From Eledone cirrhosa (lineage: Eukaryota), in contig OZ024740.1 in assembly GCA_964016885.1 (NCBI GenBank), positions 144,522,001 to 144,586,000 on the forward strand: a DNA stretch of 64,000 bases, written 5' to 3'. A model generated the notes under the pieces. That model saw only the letters and a program-made list of their open reading frames with translations, had not been told where the DNA came from and made no database searches. Position numbers and translations under genes: made by a program. Numbering within the stretch: the first letter of the stretch is position 1; every line of letters begins with the position of its first letter. Below, piece by piece: positions 1 through 13,004 of this stretch.

Positions 1-1257
1 AATTAAGCAAATTTATTGAGTACATACTTTTGATCTTATTTTGCCCTTTCAGTTTCACAGGCTCAATACCATTTGAAGGAAATCAGCCAAGCTTTTTATG
101 TTTCATTAAGTACAGATGATTATAAAATATTTGCTCAATAAAAAGGGCTCTCATCTAAATACAACAATAATCAATGAAGCAACTAATATGAAAAAGAAAT
201 ATTGAAAAAAAGAAAGAAAGAAATATTTTAAGGTGGTATCACAGAAGAAGAGAAATCAGGTTTTAACTTCCCACTACTAAAAGTAAGAGAACCTCAAATG
301 AGCAACTACTGAGAAGTTTCACTCATGAATCGAGTTGTAAAACTGTTCAACCAGATTTCATTAAACAATAATGATTCATAAGTGACTGACCTTTTTGCTC
401 TAACCATTCCAATGCTACTCAAAGAAAAATAAGTTAAAAGATGCATCTTTGAGAAAGAACTCAGAATGGTGTAGATCAATCATCATATTTGTTGATTTCA
501 TAAAAAGTATTTGTCAGTATTAACTGCAAAAATACGATTGAAAATCTAATATCCAAGAGCATAATGCAAAGTTTAGAGGGGAAAAAAATGATGGTAGTTA
601 GCAGGAAAACAAATCATCTTCTGGTTGATGTAATACTTTGGTACGGCAAAAAGCCTATTTTCTTTGTGATTTCATTGTTCATTTCTTTGTTAACTGATGG
701 ATTATAAAATATATCCCAGTTGAATGAAGAGCTATTTGTTATTTTAAACCAATGAATACGCACAATTCCCACTTTATTTGTGCAACATCAACAAAAATGA
801 TTAGATGACAGGATTTCAAAAATGTAGTGTCACTATAACTGACATATGATGATGAATCTTTTTTATGTGGACTGGGTTCTTCTTATTTATGAACTTAGTA
901 AAGCCTCTTCCTCATCCAGCAATGAAAAAAAAAACTTTACTTTTATGATACTTTTAAGTATCTGAAGAACATGTAAAAGACAAAAATGGCAGTTCATTTA
1001 GAAATTACCATAATCAACTGCAATAAGATGCTCATAATTACTGGTGGAGGCCAAAAGGGCCACATCAACAGCAGAGAATAAAGAAAAAGAGCCCTTCACT
1101 CCAGATGGAGTCATAGGGGCACCATCCTAAAATGCAGTGTGCCATGGGCATTTTAAACCTGGTAGAGCCCATCCCACTATTTCGAAACAATAATTACAAT
1201 GGCAAAATGGCCACTGAAGTAATTATGCCATTTAATGAAATCTTTTTATGGATTGGT

Positions 1258-1386
1258 CATATAGAAAAGAAAACATACCACTGTGAAATGTGTGATAAAA
1301 CATCAACTAATAGCATCTCACTTTATGTCAAAGAATTTATAGATAGATGCTATTGTGAAATTTGTGGGAAGATTTACATCATGTAA
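1258..1386 (+). pseudogene. Degenerate C2H2 zinc-finger fragment
   Basis: Translation HIEKKTYHCEMCDKT...CYCEICGK resembles the HTGEKPYxCxxCGK linker/finger, but the His pair is lost and a stop follows. Confidence 0.5.
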
Positions 1387-1399
1387 TTATCTATTTGAA

Positions 1400-2100
1400 T
1401 GTGTTCAGCATTGTTTTCTCTGCAGTGCTTCATGATGCCTTCAAGCACTGTGATAGAGTTATGATGACCCAATTATGCATGGATGGCAGTCTTTTTAATT
1501 GTGTATGATGCTGCTGACTGCTGCCTGGTTGCCCACTCTGGAAGATGCTTAGAGTATTGTAGAAGACTTTGCCAGGACTATTGTCTGGTATGAACTGACC
1601 ACATGTAGAAAGAAGACAGAGGTACTCTGCTCACCTTGTCACAGCACCCTTTCTGCCAATCCTTTTATTATCATCAACAAGGAACCACTCAAGGCCGCAG
1701 GCAAGCTCTGCTACCACAGTGGTGTGATTTTGCAGAATACCAAGATTGATGGTAAAGTGACGACATACATCAGCAAGGCCAGTGGGTCATTTCGACTAAG
1801 TACTAAGACTCAAGCCTACGATATGGTGATTCTGTTCACCATCCTATGTGGCTATGAGACATAGACCACATACCACTCCCATCATCATGTAAGCACAACT
1901 CTTCTGGACATGTGTCATGTATGGTTCTCTCCTATTTAGCCAGCAGGACAAGAGGCATTGGTCATGAGGTAGGCAGTATAAGCAGTACAAAGATCTCCTT
2001 GAAATTGTATTGGATCAGAAAATAAACCAGCAACTGGGCATAATGGCAGAAGATCTACCACAAAAGTACCACCCACGTTGAGAGGGATAACCGGGGTCAT
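1400..2100 (+). mobile_element. Highly decayed RTE-like LINE fragment
   Basis: Patchy residual RT C-terminal motifs (ILCGYET, TYISKASGSF) in broken frames. Confidence 0.45.
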
Positions 2101-2859
2101 AAACTGAATGTTTCCCTGATTGCTTAATATCTGTGCTCAAAATCAAATCATACACATGAACATCTATTTGTGAGAAACACCTTCACTTCAGGGGAACAGT
2201 ACAGTTCAGTGTGGTTTTAAAGAAGAGTGTGTTAAAAAAAAAAGGAGGGGGCGGGCTACAAAACAATGCATTTTGTGTTCATATAAAAATCTTTTTTTTA
2301 ACAACACATATACACAAGGATCCTTTTTTTCCAGAGTTCCTTTCTATAAGAATTTACATTCAGTAAGATTTGAAAAATCATAATCCAAAGTTCTTTCCAA
2401 CCACTCTTCTAAACAACCCCTTTTCTTGTGTTTTTTTTCTATGCTTGAAAAATCCATGACTTCTTTCAACATTTTCTTTCTTTTCATAACCATAAAAGTT
2501 AGATGGCATATTTGAATCTGTGAAAAAATAAATATGATAAAAAAAAATCAGAAAAATTGAAGACAATGTTGTAAATTATAAAAACCATTAAGATTTTCTG
2601 ACTGTATTCTGATGGTTTACATTTAAACCCAACCTTCTCATAACTGAATTTAAAAAAATATCTTAATTGAACCAGCTCTGATAATTTAAATTAACATTTT
2701 ATTTTTACGACACCTTTGTAATAGATGAATTACTGACTTTTAGCACATTGATTTCTCACTTCAACTAGGAGGGATATATAAGCAGAATCCTCCCTCAAAG
2801 AACAGCCCTGTCTGTAATATCAAAACTCACTTTACATCAACACACACAAATTTATTTTA

Positions 2860-4117
2860 TTGGGTCGTCAAGTATGAAATTTGTAGTGAAGCATATGGTC
2901 AACTTTGACAGCTTCTTATTTCATGTTAGTGTTACATTTTGACATTCTTTTGTTTTTGTTAGAAAGCTGCCACACATATTTCCTCTTTCTAAATCATTTT
3001 GCACTTTAAAAAATATTAAAAATCCTTTTTTCATTATTCTTGTTTGGAAACGGAGAAGTCAGAAATTTGTACAATTATGAAATATGAGTTCTTACGTAGA
3101 AATACAGCATCGCAAGCAGCTCGGAATATTAATGGTGTATTTTGCTCTAATATTACTACACAGCAGACAGTATCAAATTGGTTTGCAAAATTTCGTTCTG
3201 GTAACTTTGACCTCATGAATGAGCCACGCAATCGGCTAGAATCAAAGGTGGATAATGACAAACTGAAAGTCACCGTCGAGTCAGATCCATCTCAAAGTGC
3301 ACATGAATTATTGTTGATGTTTGGTGTTAGCAAACAATATTAACTCACATAGCTGAAGTCAGTAAAGTGAAAAAGTTGGATAAGTGGGTTCCTCATGAAC
3401 TGAATGAACAGCAGAAACGTTTGGAAGCTTGCTGATGTTGCCTTCTCGTCACAAAAATGATCCATTTTTTAATCAAATTGTAACGTGTGATGAGAAATGG
3501 ATCCAATATGATAACTATAAACATTCAGTAGAGTGGTTGGACAAGGACAAGCCACCAAAACACAATATTCATCAAAAGAAGAAGATGGTGAGTGTTTGGT
3601 GGTCTGGCGCAGGTGTGATCCATTATGATTTCATGAAACCTGGCTCATTGATCACAGCAGATGTATACTGCAACCAGCTGGACCAAATGATCCCAAAACT
3701 TGCAGAAAATCAGCCTAGATTGGTCAACCGATCGACTCCTATTCTATTGCACGACAACGCTAAACCACACACCGCACAAATGACAGTGGCAAAACTACAG
3801 GAGTTGGAGTTGGAAGTACTTCATCATCCACCATACTCACCAGATCTTGCCCCCACTGACTACTACAGATGGAATTTGGATAACGTTTTCATAGGAAAAC
3901 AATTTAATTCCGACAATACTGTAAAACAGGCCTTCCAAGATTTCATTGACTCTCGAAACCAAGCTTTTACACCACCGGACTGAACAAGCTACCGCTGAAA
4001 TGGCAAAAGTGTATTGACAATATGGGTGCATACTTTGATGAATAAAACTATTCCTTGTATTTATGAAACATTAACAAATTTTGTTTTTTTCTACAAATTT
4101 CATACTTGATGACCCAA
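2860..4117 (+). mobile_element. Full-length mariner DNA transposon, inactive
   Basis: 27-bp TIRs ttgggtc(g/a)tcaagtatgaaatttgtag at 2860-2886 and 4091-4117, flanked by TA at 2858 and 4118; 1258 bp long. Confidence 0.95.
3044..4030 (+). pseudogene. Mariner transposase, frameshifted
   Basis: HTH region in ORF 3044-3343, WVPHEL near 3385, and TCDEKW, HDNAKPH and YSPDLAPTD in ORF 3429-3983; stops and frameshifts between them. Confidence 0.93.
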
Positions 4118-5949
4118 TATTATCTGTAACTAACACAGATCATTACTGATTTTTATGTTACAATCAATTGTACAATACTTGTATTTATTTAATGAACCCA
4201 AGTGGCATTTGAACTAAGAGTCAAGAACATAGAACCTAAATTGTAGTGTTTAGCCCAATTCTGTATCATCTTTTAACATAGTTTTATATTACATTACCAT
4301 GACAAGAAATGGAATTAAGTATTAGGTGCTTACAGTATAATATAGCTATAACAGATACTTAGTAGAAGACTTGCAATAATCACCATCACTTTAATATGCA
4401 CTTTTCCATAATAGCTGTTATTGGATGGGTTTGCAGTGTTACATGTCAATATATTTTTGGGGGTCTTGCATCATCTCAACTATGTACTGAAATCCAGCTT
4501 CTTACTTTTTCTCTAGCTTTTTTTGCTGAAAGCATCTTCTATTGTCAGTATATATATAACTTTTTCACTAAGTAGATCTGGTCTATTTGAATTATATCTC
4601 AGCCCATCCTGTACAATTCTCACTTCCAGTTTACGTGAACTCTGTTATATTCAAATTGACTTTGCACATATAACAAATGATTTCTCTCCATCCTCAACAG
4701 ATCTTTGTTCAGTGACTATGTCTTACTATCATAGATCATATTTCTTACATAATTCATTATACAAGTAAACCAGGAGAGTAGCTAGACATTAACGGCGCCA
4801 ATTAATATATGCAAAAGAGACAACTTTTCTGATATGAACAGATAATGATCACTGAGTAAAAAGTCTCACAAATAGGTAGAGTTCTGTAAAGCAGACGTGC
4901 TCAATCCATGTCAGCTAAAAAATAATGAATGTTAAACTAGCAATGATAATGATAATAAGTGTGAATATTATTTGTTGTGCTTTCCATAATTTTGGCAGGG
5001 TTTTTTCTGGCTGGATGCCCTTCTTGTCACCAACTACTTTACAGCATAGACTGTGGACTGGGCGCATTATTCATGTCACCACCACTAGAGAAGTTGTTTT
5101 ACTGGACTTGAGAGAGAGTCCTAACCACCCTATATCAGTTTTTATTCAGTGTCTACTCTTCAAGATGGGTTCACTACAGCTTACGGAGTCCATGTAATGA
5201 TAATAATGATAATATAACTACAGCACCAAGGAGCTCATAATAGAACACAAAGTTTAACGATATATATATTACAGTACTAGATTAAAGGCATTGATTTAAA
5301 TGAGTTATTTTAGGCAGATGAAGAGCAACTATATCCCACTTCTCAATGTATAATAAAATCAAGGAAACTCACTGAAAATCAAGATTAGTTGATAAATATT
5401 CTGTTCACTTGTTTCATTCATGTCTTTTCTTTTTATATATGAGTGAAAAAGTATCATACTGCTGTCGAATTACACAAAGGAATCTGCAATAAAAAGAATA
5501 AAAAATAAAATTAAAAATATTGCCCAAAACATAGTTGTTTGGAGATGAATCTAGTCAGATATCATTGATCATGAATACTCAATAATTATTTATTTTAATT
5601 ATTCTGGCAACTGAATGCAGTTTGTAGTTTTCAACAATAAGCTGTACACCTTTCTTACAATAAAGTACCATGTTACTGAAATATGAACTCTGAGAAGCAA
5701 GCCACTGTATTAAATATTTCAAAATTTATTATAAATTATCACAATTTAGCTGTGTGATCAAGTTTCGTACATGATATCTATGCATGTCATAGAATAAAAG
5801 GGCTGGTGCAAGGAAGGGCACCTGACTGTAAAACACTGCTTTAGAAAAACTCAAGAATAGGGCCTGCAAGGCTAACCTCTACTTTAGCAGGGAAAATGTC
5901 CTTAACCAATTTGGTAGCGTGATTGTAATGAAATCCCCCCTCCCCCGTG

Positions 5950-6255
5950 TTTAAACCAATACACTGTAAAGTGGTTGGTGTTTGGAAGGCCATCAAGCGA
6001 TACAACCATGCCAAAAACGTGTTGAGCAGACTGTGTAAATGACATGACGATCTCTAGTGCAAGTGCCACAATAAAATGCACACAGTACACTCTGTAAAGT
6101 GGCAGGTGATAGAAAGGACATCTAGTCACAGAAACCATGCCAAGAACGTGAGCAATCGAGATAAAAGGACTAACTCCGATTAAGTATTGACTTGATCCGT
6201 GACCACCCATCCAACCTATGCCGGCATGGAAAAACGAACGTTAAATATTATGATT
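5950..6255 (+). mobile_element. RTE 3'-tail-derived SINE/LINE fragment
   Basis: ctgtaaagtggttggtg motif and ...ccaacctatgccggcatggaaaaacgaacgttaaa end match the 3' end of the RTE at 28110-28270. Confidence 0.65.
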
Positions 6256-6369
6256 TTATGTAATATCACTTTCATAATTAATTGAAATGCCTAATATTGT
6301 AATTTACAGTAAAAATAAACAATTAGGTTTAATATTTTAATGTACGCGTTAAAAACGTGTATTGTTTGT

Positions 6370-6660
6370 TTGTAACTTTTGATGGAGTCGCAGGGTCCTC
6401 GAGGTGTCATACAGCGTGTGTTGGGCGTTTTAAATCTGGCGGAGCTCATCTCTCCAGGTCTAAACACATACGATTTCTTCCAAAGGAGAAAGAGGTACAG
6501 AGGAACAATCGATCTCACTATCGTACTGGTACTTTTTTTTAACGACCTCGAAAGGATGAAAAGTAAAATTGACCAAAGCAGATTTTGAACTCTGAAAGCT
6601 GGAACGAAAACCGCAAAGTATTCTTTCCGACATTTTAAAGACTCTGCCAATTTGTCGCCT
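6370..6660 (-). mobile_element. Older tRNA-derived SINE
   Basis: Reverse strand has an A/B-box head and ttttcatcctttcgaggtcgttaaaaaaaagtaccag, the central motif shared with the other SINE copies. Confidence 0.75.
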
Positions 6661-6754
6661 ATATGCATGAATCAATAATACTTATATTTATACAAGTATA
6701 GTAACAATTTAATAAATGAGGTAACGTGTGATAAGTTGTATTTCTAAGCAGTTA

Positions 6755-6875
6755 TGTCCCTTGCATCTCCTTCCGGTATATCACAAGTAATGGCTGCCGA
6801 CGAAAAATGACTTAAATTAAAATATACTATCTGGATATTTTTTCGTCCTCTATTTATTAGGAATGTAGTCTCATT
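6755..6875. promoter_or_regulatory. Possible housekeeping-type core promoter
   Basis: Clustered cttccgg (ETS-like), aatggctgccg (YY1-like) and aggaatgtagtc (reverse ACTACAnnnCC, ZNF143-like) in CpG-retaining sequence. No linked exon was found. Confidence 0.3.
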
Positions 6876-7869
6876 TTTATTTAGAACTGCAGCTAACAGT
6901 CCTCTTAGTGTTGCAAATTCAACCAATCCCCAAATCCACAACTTTGGGTTTTGCAAATAGAGAGCACTCCACTTTTTATTTTTGTCATAGTTGCAGATTG
7001 ACGAAAGTGAAGCTCTAAATTCAAGGACCGTCTAGAGACTTATAGATGTCAGCAGAGCATCAACATTTTCACCACATAATTTAATTGAAAAGGCCATAAA
7101 ATATTGCAGTGTTTGTTGCCTTTCTTAAATAACCAATGTCTAATTAGTGACAAAAATGTCTATGATCATAAACAAATTAGCAAAATAATTGTTTACACAA
7201 AATGGAAGAAAGAAATTATTCCCTTTTGAGTGGGAAAAAGATAAGGGGCATGACAAGTTTTTTTTTTAGTTCTTCGTTTTAATAATATTGACTTTCAACG
7301 CTTTATGTTTTCTATCATACAAGCCTAATCACTTCGACATTACGTTGCTACATAAACAAACAGGTGATGTGACTACATCAAAACGAATTTGAATATGTCA
7401 ACTGTTGCAAAATACGTGTCTCATGTAGTACATTGCCCCAAATACCATGTGACATTTTATATGATGGCTATCTATCAAGGCTGCTTGCACTACCTTACAA
7501 GAAATATGCATCGCTATTAAGCCAATCGTTATTTAGAGTCAAATCTACGCCTTTTGATACCATTGAATTTAGAAACGCTGAAAATTATGAAAGTTATATT
7601 CAAAATCTTTAGAAACTACTATATATCATATTTTCACGCTGTAAAAAGAAGTCGAAAGCATCGGATATAATAGTAGCAACACGGCCAAATGTTGAGTAAA
7701 GATAACATAACCTTTCAACAAAACAAAAAATGTAAAAATACACGCTGATACAATATAATTCGGTGCGACCCCTCTCAAACAGACCAGACTAAACAGCCAT
7801 AGTGATCACGAAAAAGATTAACATATTCCTCCTATAAGGGATAATTTGATGTGAATGAAATTTGATTTG

Positions 7870-8058
7870 ATTTGTATGGAATTATAATACTAGAACACAA
7901 TCAAGTAGACATAATAATAATAATAATAATTATTATTATGTCTACTTGAAATAAAGTACCAGTAATGCACTGAGTAATTGCTGGCCTTGTGCCAAAAGTA
8001 GAAACAATTATTATTATGTCTACTTGATTGTGTTCTAGTATTATAATTCCATACAAAT
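7870..8058. repeat. About 50-bp-arm palindrome interrupted by a 5'-truncated SINE
   Basis: atttgtatggaattataatactagaacacaatcaagtagacataataataat and its reverse complement. The SINE tail at about 7950-8008 is flanked by duplicated aattattattatgtctacttga. Confidence 0.85.
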
Positions 8059-8059
8059 A

Positions 8060-9017
8060 TGTGGCTGACAGTAGGGAGCCAATGCTCAAAATTGTAATTG
8101 TACTGAAAAAGACAATAGACCAGGGGATGTCCAACGAGAAAATAACTACAAGGAAGAAGAGCAACTTTCATGAAAAATCCCTTCATAGCACCTTCTTTAA
8201 CAAAACGGAATTCAGAGATCCACAGACATAGAACTGGTTAAAAAGAGAAGACCTTAAAAAAGCTACAGAAGGAATGCTAATGGCTGCGCAAGAGCAAGCC
8301 CTCAGAACGAAGTGGATGGAACACCATATTGACAAAGAGGAGGCTAGCTCACTGTGTAGGATCTGTGGAGAGAGAGAGGAGACTGTGGCTCGCATTGTAT
8401 CTGAGTGTAAACACCTAGCCCAGACTCACTATAAAGGCTGGAGATATATGATAGGCAGCGTGATCTACTGGCATCTATGCAAAGTAAACAATTTACCACA
8501 TTCGGAGAAGTGGTATGAGCATAAGCCAGAGTAGGTGATAGAAAACGATCAGGTTGAAGGTGCTATGGGATTTTAGGATACAGACGGACAAGAAACTGGA
8601 ACACAATAGGCCTGATCTGGTGGTTTTGGACAAGGAAAAAAGATTGTGCCTGATAGTAGATGTAGCCTGCCCATTTGACATGAGAGTGCAAGAAAAGGAG
8701 AGGGAGAAAATTAACCAATACCAGGATTTAAAGTGGGAGTTAAAAAAGATTTGGAACTGCCATGAAGTCAAGGTCGTCCCGATTGTCATAGGCGCACTAG
8801 GTACTATCTTAAAGAGTTTCCAAGGATGGTTAAAGAAGATTGGTCCAGTCCCGTTTTTTGGAACACTTTAAAAGGCATGCTTGTTGGGAACAGCAAGAAC
8901 CCTCCAATACATTCTGAATGTCTGAGGGTGCAGGTAGTAGCTTGATATTCATTTCAACAAACTTTCCAGTTAAATAACATCAATGACTGAGACCCAAAGA
9001 ACAATAATAATAATAAT
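8060..9017 (+). mobile_element. 5'-truncated R4/Dong-like non-LTR element (RLE endonuclease)
   Basis: AAQEQALRT, CRICGEREETVARIVSEC zinc knuckle and NRPDLVVLD...IVDVACPFD PD-(D/E)xK motif; internal stop at 8532; ends in a (TAA)n tract. Confidence 0.9.
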
Positions 9018-9019
9018 GA

Positions 9020-9295
9020 AATTATTGTGTACAGTGCATAGGTGCCACTACAACTCATCAAAGGTACATGTATAGTACATAGAATAATGTCAGGAAAGTG
9101 AACAGTGTATGAGTCATGATATACACACAGATACACATGTGCGTGTGTATGGAGGGGGAATATCAGGTGTAGTGTCCTGGCAGCTAACAACTGACGCAGG
9201 TAGTTTGTTCCATGCTCGGAGTGTGAAAAAAATGTTTCCGAGAGTCATGGGAGCTGTACTGGTGTCGGTATAACATCTGCCAGAGGAGAAGTGTT
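9020..9295 (-). mobile_element. CR1-like LINE 3' end
   Basis: Clearly homologous to the 3' end of the LINE at 30540-30800. Confidence 0.8.
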
Positions 9296-9309
9296 ATAAG
9301 TAATAGGAC

Positions 9310-9585
9310 TGAATAACTGGAAAGCAATCTCTGCAAGAGATACAGAAAATAGTGCTGACTGGTACTATTCATATCCTAAGAAGAGCAGCTTTATCAATTT
9401 AAATACCTTCCAAAGAAGACATTTACTGTTGTTTGTGCCCTTCTTGTGGCATCATTTGTGTGACAATTGATTGTAAAATGTGTGTATTATCAAATTTTGC
9501 CTCCTCAGGTGTCAGGCTGACACTTGACATGATTTGGAAAGAAGCAGAACTCAAAGGAGGTTTCAAATAATAATAGTAATAATAG
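9310..9585 (+). mobile_element. Second R4/Dong-like 3' fragment
   Basis: ITGKQSLQEIQKIVLTGTIHILRRA C-terminal motif, 3' UTR, then a TAA-rich tail. Confidence 0.65.
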
Positions 9586-10762
9586 TAAAGTCCTGTAAAA
9601 ATGTCTTTGGTGTAATTACAAACACAAACTTCTCTGAAATTAAAGAATTGTATTTAAGATTGACAAAGGAAGCCATAGAAATTACAGAAACAATATTTAC
9701 ATCAATTATATATATACATGCTGGTTGATATATATAAACACACACACACATATATATATTATATATACACCTTAATATATTATATCAATATTCATACAGT
9801 ACAATTTCAATGTTGAATGTGTAGGCATATATATATATACGTAGTCCGTGAAGTTGTTAACATAAGTCCTGACAAATAAAAGAGTCTGATACATAGAAAT
9901 GAAACTTGAAATTGAAACCGTGTTGCAGGCTTCTCAGTTATAACAATAAATAATCCTAGAATAATCACAAATACAAAATAAACAAAGCTCAGGAATGTTG
10001 CTGCTGTGAAGTCCTCTAAGTCCTTGGAATGTGTGTGCTTTACATCAATATAATAGCCTTAGATGTTCTGACAAACAACATCAAAACCTGGTAACGTCAT
10101 CACTATTACACATTTGGTATGTACAACACAGTTGTCAGCTGAAACAAGAAAGCGTTTATGATATATATTCTGCCTTTAACTTCACTGATGGCACACCTCA
10201 TGTTATACGCCACTCCACTCCACCATAAATATTATCCAGCATTTGTTTGAAGGAGGTGGGGAGGAGAAAAAAAAATATATATATATATGTCCATATAAGG
10301 AGAAAAACATTTTAGAAGTCGATGGCTGTTTTATGTGATGTGATATCCCAGTGTCCACAGCTTCATGGAAACGGGTCAGTCCATTTTGTGGGGCTGCAGG
10401 TAGACTACACTAAAGATATTGGTCAGGGGTGAGTGGACACTTGCTTCAGACAACACAGTCAGATGTGGCGATGTGTGTGTGGTGAAGTGAAGAAATCCTT
10501 CATTAGCAACAATATACAATTAAGCTCGTTACATCAAGGTTCAATTTACAGTCAGTTCAATTCATCATAATCATAATTATTAACAATATTAGCAACAACT
10601 GGAGAGATTTGTACATTGAACAGGGATGGTCATGGCCGAGTAGTCAGCTGAAAGACAATGCAGTTCGTTTACACAATAATCAGGGCCAGGGAACATGTTT
10701 GGTCATGTGGTAGACACACAAACATTTAAAACTCACGAGAGATAAATAAATGTACAAAGATT

Positions 10763-11205
10763 ATTTCCCACATGTTCAGAATGAACACATTTTTCCCTAC
10801 GTGTCGAAAAACAAAACAAAACATTATTCGTTTCCTACATGTTGAAAAGGAAAACATATTTCCCACATGTCGAAGAGCAAAAACACATTGTCCTACATGC
10901 TGAGAAGTAAAGCATATTATTCCCTACATGTTGAGAAGCAAAACATTATTCTTTACATGTTAAAACAAACATTTTCTCCTACATGTCGAAAAGGCAAACA
11001 CATTTACTACATGCCCAGAAGTAAACATACATTTCCCTACATGTTTCCTAAACAAAACATTAATAATTCCTTACGTTAAACAAATATATATATTTCCCTA
11101 CATGTTGGAGAACAAACATTTACTACATGTTTTTTCGGAAGTAAAAACACACGTGTCTCTCCCACATGTTGAGAAATGTAACATTATTCTCTACATGTGG
11201 AGAGT
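10763..11205. repeat. About 30-bp minisatellite
   Basis: Roughly 14 diverged units of the form tttccctacatgttgaaaagcaaaacatt. Confidence 0.85.
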
Positions 11206-11379
11206 TAGAAAACCCCCAGCTTCAGACATTAAACAGAGGCCAGAGATAATTTGATAATATATAAAATATTCCACATAAAACAATTAACAAACGAATGTCT
11301 TTAACGAATTTGTGGTCGTATTTTTAATAAATTACAATTTATTTCATTGCATTTAAATTCTTATGGAAGACCTTATTTC

Positions 11380-11680
11380 TTTATAAAATTATGTTGGAAG
11401 ATTTTAATTTAAATAGGAACACTCTATTTCAATTAATTAATAAAGAATTTTGAGGTTTATTAAAATTATTAATTATTTCATTACTAAGTAACTTAATGTA
11501 AGGTTCTTATATAAAATTATATTGGAAGATTTTAATTTAAATAGGAACCCTGTATTTCAATTAATTAATGAGTTTTGAGGGATTTACTAAAATTATTAAT
11601 TATTTCATTACTAAGATAGTAACTTAATGTAAGGTTCTTATATAAAATTATGTTCGAAAGTTTTCATTTAAATAGTTACT
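11380..11680. repeat. AT-rich tandem repeat, about 128-bp unit, about 2.3 copies
   Basis: ataaaattat(g/a)ttggaagattttaatttaaatagg recurs near 11383, 11511 and 11642. Confidence 0.85.
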
Positions 11681-12011
11681 CTTTAAATGGGTGGTTTTAT
11701 TTCATAAAAGCAGAACTGGTTTTTGCCAGGTTCGAAATAAAAGGAGGGAAAATATTACAACTCTTTAATAAAATGTAGAATATTTTGTTATCAGCAGGTT
11801 TTAATTAATTAATTTTTAAAAATAAAATAAATAGGATATTTAAAATAAATAAATTTAAAAAAGTCTTAAAAACAAAATCAAGAACCGCAAAAAAGTGTGT
11901 AGTGGGTTTGATATGTAATGTGTTTAAATAAGTGTATAAAAATAAATATTTAGACATAGTATTTGTAGCTTAGACCAGGCTATAGAATAAGAGAAAGGAT
12001 GCAAGGTATGC

Positions 12012-12055
<44 letters not shown>

Positions 12056-12866
12056 TCGTTCTCAGTTACATGTGATCGATGCAACAACCCAAATATGCTG
12101 AAAATATTGATGGTTAGCGGGGGTGTTAGTGATACTTTCGACAGAGCTAATTCGTTCTTTGAGAGAAGCCATTTTTGTCTACCAACTCATATTCTTGGTG
12201 AAAGATTAGCCCAAGACAGACTATTTTTTTTATTAAAAATTAGTAAGACTAACGTAATTGATTGATGCAAATTCCTTAGAAATGTTAGCGAGCAGTTCCC
12301 GGGAGAAGCATCCACAACTATTCAATGGACTGGATGATGTAGGATACCCTGATAGTATAATTTATATGTATTTTATAACACACACACATATATATATATG
12401 TATAATTTTATTCACAGTTGTATAAATAACATTACAAATTGTTTATAATTAAGAATGAAAATATAAACACATATAATAAATACAATTAATTATTGCTAGG
12501 AACCTCACAAAAATATATGATCAAAGCGAGAGAAACAAAAACATTAGTTCACAACCAAATGCAACAATCGCCCAAACACCACAAGGGTCAACGGAAATGT
12601 TTAAGGCAAGCTAACACGCTCGCAGGTGATGGCGAGACTAAGGCGCTCAAACAACGAGCCACCTTCACTGTACTCAATACCGAAACAGTTTTAATATCCA
12701 CTTGTCATCAGACAATATTTAAACTCAAATTCGGTATTGAGTACTTTTCTCTCGTCCGTAAATATACGGATATATATTTATACTATAGTACAAATTTGGT
12801 ATAAATATCCAAGAGTTAGAGCACTCAGTCCATAGGACGAGTTAAGTATAATTAGTTACAACAGTG

Positions 12867-12925
12867 ACATGTACAGATACTTAAGTTTCGTTGGGTTATT
12901 CACCAACTCATCCAGCCTGATATAT
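12867..12925 (-). ncRNA. Predicted type-I minimal hammerhead ribozyme, variant core CUGGAUGA
   Basis: Minus strand: cagg-CTGGATGA-gttgg tgaataac ccaac-GAAA-cttaag-TA-tctg. Confidence 0.65.
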
Positions 12926-12944
12926 AATTTTAAAAAAGTTAATT

Positions 12945-13004
12945 ATATGACAGGCTGAATGAGTTGGGGGAATAACCCAACGAAACTTAAGTACCTGTAC
13001 ATGT
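12945..13004 (+). ncRNA. Predicted type-I minimal hammerhead ribozyme, variant core CUGAAUGA
   Basis: atatgacagg-CTGAATGA-gttggg ggaataa cccaac-GAAA-cttaag-TA-cctgt a catgt. Stem I is 10 bp with one bulge, stem II is 6 bp, stem III is the palindrome ACTTAAGT, and the site is GUA at 12991-12993. Confidence 0.75.

Noticed and set aside
280-920. Possible decayed DNA-transposase sequence
   Set aside because: No continuous frame, catalytic motif or TIR could be identified.
6291-6675. Overlapping ORFs on both strands
   Set aside because: They lie within a SINE copy and have no recognisable domain.
10763-11205. CRISPR-like periodic array
   Set aside because: Units are degenerate tandem copies without unique spacers; eukaryotic context and no cas genes.
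12670-12744. 15-bp inverted repeat enclosing tcatcag
   Set aside because: A real hairpin, but no GAAA or stem III in the right orientation for a hammerhead.
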